A stretch of 64,000 bases of DNA from an uncultured Methanoregulaceae archaeon. Its GTDB lineage: Archaea > Halobacteriota > Methanomicrobia > Methanomicrobiales > Methanospirillaceae. Positions within the stretch are counted from its first letter, which is position 1. The number at the start of each line of letters is the position of its first letter. Location: contig OY969564.1 of the NCBI GenBank assembly GCA_963701095.1, positions 2,240,001-2,304,000 of the forward strand. The letters are read 5' to 3'. Under the pieces are notes generated by a model that was not told where the DNA came from, did no database searches, and worked only from the letters and a program-made list of their open reading frames with translations. Below, one piece after another: positions 59,554-64,000 of the stretch. The translations under genes were made by a program, and so were the position numbers.

Positions 59554-61169
59554 ATGTATCCTGACCGGGCGACATTTGAGCGGATGGTGAATGACGAGCC
59601 GGATCTTTCTTTTGCCGCAAAGGAGACTCTCCTAGTATTATATGACGGTCCATTGAAGATCCGGCAGATCCTTTCCCGTATTCATTCCCTTTCAGAACCA
59701 AGGCCGGAAAACAGGGAAAAAGATCATCACCTATCAGAATCTGCACTCAGGAAACGCCTCGATCAGCTGATTGACCGGGGGATCCTTGCCCGGGCAGCGA
59801 GCGAACGGACAAACCCGTACTATTTCATCCGCCGTCCCTGGCTCTTTAACCGTTATATTAGTATCAGGTGCCGGGACGACCCGACCGGAGAACTCCTCGA
59901 TCTCAAGATACTTCTTGGTGAAATTACTCGCGGAACTGCCGAACCAATCCAGCCTAGAGTGATCGCAACCATAGGTCAACGAACGGAACGAAGCCACGAA
60001 ATTGCAGCAGCCTTTGAAACGTTTCAGAAAAACGTCGGCAACCCGGCCGCCCTTAATGACTATCTTGAAGGGATCTACGCGGACATCTTTTTTGGGAACG
60101 TCCCTGCAAGCGACATCGATGGATCGCTTGCCCGGGATTTTATCCGATTTGTTGCAACAGCTTCTCCGCTTGAACAGGAAACAAGATTCTTTTTCTGGTA
60201 CGCAGAGTTCTTTTTGAGTTTAGACCTGTACGAGGAAGCATTCGGGGTCTTTAATCTAGGAACAGGCCTTGCTGAAGCCAGGGATCTCGACCCTTCCGCG
60301 ATCCTTGCAGGATCACGGATCTCGCGGGGTACTATCCTCATGCACTTAAACGATTTCACTGGTGCAAAGGAAGCATTCCTTGTCGGCACTAGGAGTGAGA
60401 CATACGGCCCGTTTGCAGCAGCAAAAAACTTGTTCGGCGCCGGGGAAATCGAGCTGATTTGCGGGGATATCGGCCCCACTCGCGCCCGGCCCGGTTTTCC
60501 CAAGCGCTTGAACTCATCAAAATTGCCGATGCCGAAAATAGCAACCCTGATGTCGAAGAACTCCGGGGAGACATCCTGTGCAGGACAGGAGCTTTCCGCC
60601 GCCTCACCGGAGAAATGGATGGGGCATGCACCTGTTACAATGCCGCAGAGTCAGTCTACCGTCACGATCTCTTCCGGGGCCGGTCTGCCTTGTTATTAGA
60701 ACAGGCGGAACTGGCCCGGGCCCGTGCCTGCACCGGTACCGGTGAGGAGAACTTGCTTGTACGGTCTGCATGCCTGTACGAGGAAGCTAAGGCTGCAGCC
60801 CAACGCATCCGTAGCCTCAAAAGGTTTGCTGAGGCCCTTATTGGGGAGTGCGAATTAGCACGAACCGCGTACCGGCACTTTGAGAGACCGCTGCCCCGAG
60901 ACATAGATACTAAATATTTAAACGCGTTTGATATTTTCTGTCAGATTGGTTTAACGTGGGGTATTGCACAGTGCTTTCTTTCGGAAGCACTCCTCTATCA
61001 TACTTCTGCAGATGAGTTCCCGGACAAATACGCGGATACCGCTGATAAATTGATCCAGGCCGAAATATATTCCCGGGGACTAGGTCTTGCACCAGAACTC
61101 GCTCTCATCCGTCGCATCAAATCGCATGCACCCGTGGCGTCCGAGATCCATCCCCTCGTTTTTTTATAA
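59554..61169 (+). CDS. N-terminal winged-HTH plus TPR-like helical protein (putative regulator); -1 frameshift near 60480
   Basis: LSESALRKRLDQLIDRGIL HTH; helical repeats continue in the second frame (ARFSQALEL...). Confidence 0.65.
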
Positions 61170-61501
61170 TATCCTTTGTGCCTCTACTTATAATGCAAAA
61201 TATGCTTCTACCGGGCCATACCACAGAGTAATTGTGATGAACAAAAGGATAGCTGCCATGTGAATGCCAAGAGGGATCTTCAGCGGCCTTTTGAAAGGTT
61301 TCGAATTTACGCGTATTTTATAATGCGTCATCGTTTGTTCCTCGGTTTGGATAATTGACCTATGCTAGTTTATTGAAATCGTGTTATAAAGTGAAGGATT
61401 CTGGAAATAAAGAGGCATCAATTTTCCCGGAGTTTTTTTTGTAAAAGACAAAGTATAAGTATTCAAAGATATTAAGCAATTTATTTACTGGCGGTAATGG
61501 G

Positions 61502-61861
61502 ATGGCACAAACATTATTAAAACCGATTTTGAATGAGTTTTTGAAAATAGACGGAGTATCAGCAGCAGTAATTGCGGGGACGGACGGTTTTGTTATTGAG
61601 AGTGCAGTTTCAGGAAAATTCGATATAGAAGCTCTTGCGGCCATGGCATCCACAGGTCTTGGCACATCTGGAGCAATGGGCTCATCACTGGAAAAAGGAC
61701 AACTGGCCCAGATGCTGGTCGAACTTGAAAAAGGTCCTATCCTCCTTTCACCCCTATCCGAAGATGAACTTATTGCAATTGTAGCAGACGAATCCGCTAA
61801 TATTGGAAGAATACGCTACGATCTCAAGAAAAACAGGGATCGGATCATTGCAGCACTGTGA
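61502..61861 (+). CDS. Roadblock/LC7 (MglB-like) domain protein
   Basis: GVSAAVIAGTDGFVI, ALAAM, ANIGRIR. Confidence 0.92.
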   Translation: MAQTLLKPILNEFLKIDGVSAAVIAGTDGFVIESAVSGKFDIEALAAMASTGLGTSGAMGSSLEKGQLAQMLVELEKGPILLSPLSEDELIAIVADESANIGRIRYDLKKNRDRIIAAL

Positions 61862-61985
61862 TTTTGGATATTCTCAGGCGACAACTCCACAGCCTTTGCT
61901 CAGTTCACCTGCCGGTATTTTCCTTATTTTTTTGACAACTTTCAAGTCGAAATATTTTAATTGCATTATACCAGAATAATCGTTC

Positions 61986-63104
61986 ATGAAGATTGGACGA
62001 GAAGATTTTGAAGCTTTCCTTAAAGGAGAAAAAGATATCCGGCCTTACATTGAACTGGATCCTGTTGCCGGTTCATATTCAGTTTTTGGCGTCAAGACTG
62101 CAAGCAATCCAAATTATCTGGTAAAAGCAATTTACGAGATGTATGAAAGCAACCTTGACAAAAAGCTTGCTGTGCAGGCAGTAAGAAAACTTTTCCGCTC
62201 AGTAGGTATGGGATCGGTGGGCCTTAATAACCTGTTAAAAAAACTGGACCTGAATCTTTCCCCGGCCGAATTTCTTATGCTTGTATTCAAGCTCCAGCAC
62301 CAGCAGGGCTGGGGAGCTCCATTTGAGCTTATAGAGCAGAGCGATAAACGGATACGGCTACGTACCAAACAGACCTTTGAATCACAGATCATGAAAGACT
62401 GGAACATGGCAGTCTGTGGTATCCACCAGGGATGGATTGAAGGTATTCTTTTTGCGGCAACCGGTAAGAACTGGTTCTGCCTCGAGACAAAGTGTCATGC
62501 GAAAGGCGATGATGTCTGTGAATTTGTTGCCGACCAGGTTGAATCCAGCTGGAGGTTCAAAGCACAGGCAATTGTAAAAGGGGATTCGGCTATAACGGAA
62601 TATATCGAACACAAACCCCTCAACGGTACTATAAAACTGATTGATGATCCCGTTGTCATGATGCCACGGTTCATTTTCACCTCAATGATGAACTCTTTAA
62701 AAAAGACCATGGGCGAGATGCCCGCAGGAGGGGTCAACTATCGGGCATATATGGAGATGGGCAAAGAAAATGTCGAGCATTACAAGAAGATGGGGATCGA
62801 CAAACCCAACATTCTCTCAGATATGGCTTTTGCCTTCTATTCCCAGATGGGATGGTTCAGTGTCCTTAAAACTGAATGGAATGAGGCTACAAAGACAAAG
62901 ACCATGACGCTTACCCATACAGTCGAATCCGAAGCTTTTGGTAATACCGGGAAAAACGTATGTTTCTGTACCGCCGGGCTTCTTGCGGGTATCATTGAAG
63001 GATCCTTTGGCATTAAAGTGCAGGCAAAAGAAATTAAATGCCGGTCAAAAGGCGATGAATATTGCGTATTTGCGATTACCAACAAAACTGAAAATTCACA
63101 ATAA
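61986..63104 (+). CDS. Tandem V4R (4-vinyl reductase) domain protein
   Basis: Two repeats of GW...ES...VC....G...G...E.KC..KGD..C.F. Confidence 0.88.
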   Translation: MKIGREDFEAFLKGEKDIRPYIELDPVAGSYSVFGVKTASNPNYLVKAIYEMYESNLDKKLAVQAVRKLFRSVGMGSVGLNNLLKKLDLNLSPAEFLMLVFKLQHQQGWGAPFELIEQSDKRIRLRTKQTFESQIMKDWNMAVCGIHQGWIEGILFAATGKNWFCLETKCHAKGDDVCEFVADQVESSWRFKAQAIVKGDSAITEYIEHKPLNGTIKLIDDPVVMMPRFIFTSMMNSLKKTMGEMPAGGVNYRAYMEMGKENVEHYKKMGIDKPNILSDMAFAFYSQMGWFSVLKTEWNEATKTKTMTLTHTVESEAFGNTGKNVCFCTAGLLAGIIEGSFGIKVQAKEIKCRSKGDEYCVFAITNKTENSQ

Positions 63105-63178
63105 TACGTCACTTTTTTCGTTTTCCGGATCTCTCTGGAATTATGGTGCAGTTTCGGTCTGAATATCAGGAAAGGTTA

Positions 63179-63730
63179 TCAGAGAAGGATCCCGGTAAGG
63201 ATCCTTATGCCCATCAGGATAAGGATAATACCGCCGACAATATCAGATTTATTGCCAAGGATCCGCTCAAATCGCTTCCCCGCCATGACGCCAATAAAAG
63301 AGCAGGTGAACGCAACAATGCCTATGATTAAAGCGGGCAGGAAAACAGGCGATTTAAGGATACCAAACGACATCCCGGCGGGGAAAGCGTCAATGCTTGT
63401 CGCTATTGAAAGACATATTACGGATACAGGTTGGATTAGTTCGATGCATTCTTCTTTCCGTTTCACACCCTCAATAATCATCTTTACTCCGATCAAGGAC
63501 AGAATTACAAAGGCTATAACCGTACCATACACGGTAACAATATTTGCAAGACTGATCCCGGCAACCCAGCCAAGTAAGGTTATACCTCCCTGAAAAATCC
63601 CAAAACAAAGACCGATTGCTACCGCAGCAGTTAGGAGACGGACTTTTGTGGTTGCACCGATCATAAGGGCAATCGCAAAACAGTCCATCGAAAGACCGAT
63701 ACCGATGAAAACGAAGGTGATAAGATCCAT
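63179..63730 (-). CDS. mntP: Manganese efflux pump MntP family
   Basis: GLSMDCFA, FGIFQG, IATSIDA, GG..LI..G. Confidence 0.88.
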   Translation of the reverse strand: MDLITFVFIGIGLSMDCFAIALMIGATTKVRLLTAAVAIGLCFGIFQGGITLLGWVAGISLANIVTVYGTVIAFVILSLIGVKMIIEGVKRKEECIELIQPVSVICLSIATSIDAFPAGMSFGILKSPVFLPALIIGIVAFTCSFIGVMAGKRFERILGNKSDIVGGIILILMGIRILTGILL

Positions 63731-63771
63731 GTTTGTTTCAATCTAGATTGTGGAAATGAATTCGATGACGT

Positions 63772-64000
63772 CTATTTCCGAGCTATAGTAATGTATCCTG
63801 AATGGCTTACGCTTGTAGAAGGACGCGTTCCCCGTTTTGACCGGGTCATTTCCCGTTCGATCAGCTCATGAGTATGGACCTCAGGGAATCGAGATTGTGC
63901 CGCATCGACAACAATGCCCATCTGTTCTAAGAACGGTGTATAGCAGGCAAGATATCCTCCCGCCCGGAGATGGTCATAGGCAAAGTATACATGGTCTGTT
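63772..64000 (-). CDS. trmI: tRNA (adenine-N1)-methyltransferase TrmI/GCD14, C-terminal part; gene starts beyond the window
   Basis: Read by hand: LRAGGYLACYTPFLEQ...ELIEREMTRSKRGTRPSTSVSHSGYITIARK*. Confidence 0.85.
   Translation of the reverse strand, partial: TDHVYFAYDHLRAGGYLACYTPFLEQMGIVVDAAQSRFPEVHTHELIEREMTRSKRGTRPSTSVSHSGYITIARK

Noticed and set aside
63731..63771. yybP-ykoY manganese riboswitch before mntP
   Set aside because: Only about 41 bp separate trmI and mntP, too short for the aptamer

Overview
Archaeal chromosomal DNA from a methanogen, most likely Methanomicrobiales/Methanoregula-like. This is inferred from the HdrA-like gene, DGGGP synthase, archaeal Trm1/CoaD, AbrB-PhoU regulator and Methanomicrobiales-type pilins; no database search was possible. 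The flanks (about 1-4.5 kb and 45.5-64 kb) are mostly housekeeping: a HemK-type methylase, an ABC-2 exporter, tRNA-Glu(CTC), tRNA-Arg(CCT), DRG GTPase, trm1, mtnA, coaD, pyrBI, nucleotide-sugar genes, roadblock/V4R, mntP and trmI. The central ~36 kb (about 8.3-44.6 kb) is an accessory region whose genes converge on phosphate and type IV pili. It holds PhoU, an atypical ArsC-like protein, two TadC/T2SS-F platform proteins (one with an Ig-like tail), a pilus assembly ATPase, two further pilin-like proteins and PKD surface proteins. It also holds two histidine kinases, a response regulator, a degenerate KaiC-like protein, a DUF47/PhoU-like protein paired with a truncated PPDK, and pstS-pstC-pstA without pstB. 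The PstS begins with a textbook archaeal type IV pilin (class III) signal peptide. The best hypothesis is a phosphate-scavenging pilus or 'phosphate bindosome' with its own sensing modules and shared upstream DNA motifs. Also present are an intact IS1595-family element with TIRs and an 8-bp TSD, an orphan phage terminase-small-subunit-like gene next to tRNA-Glu, and a candidate small RNA. About ten genes, including housekeeping ones, are split by 1-bp indels, mostly at homopolymers. These are treated as probable long-read assembly errors.
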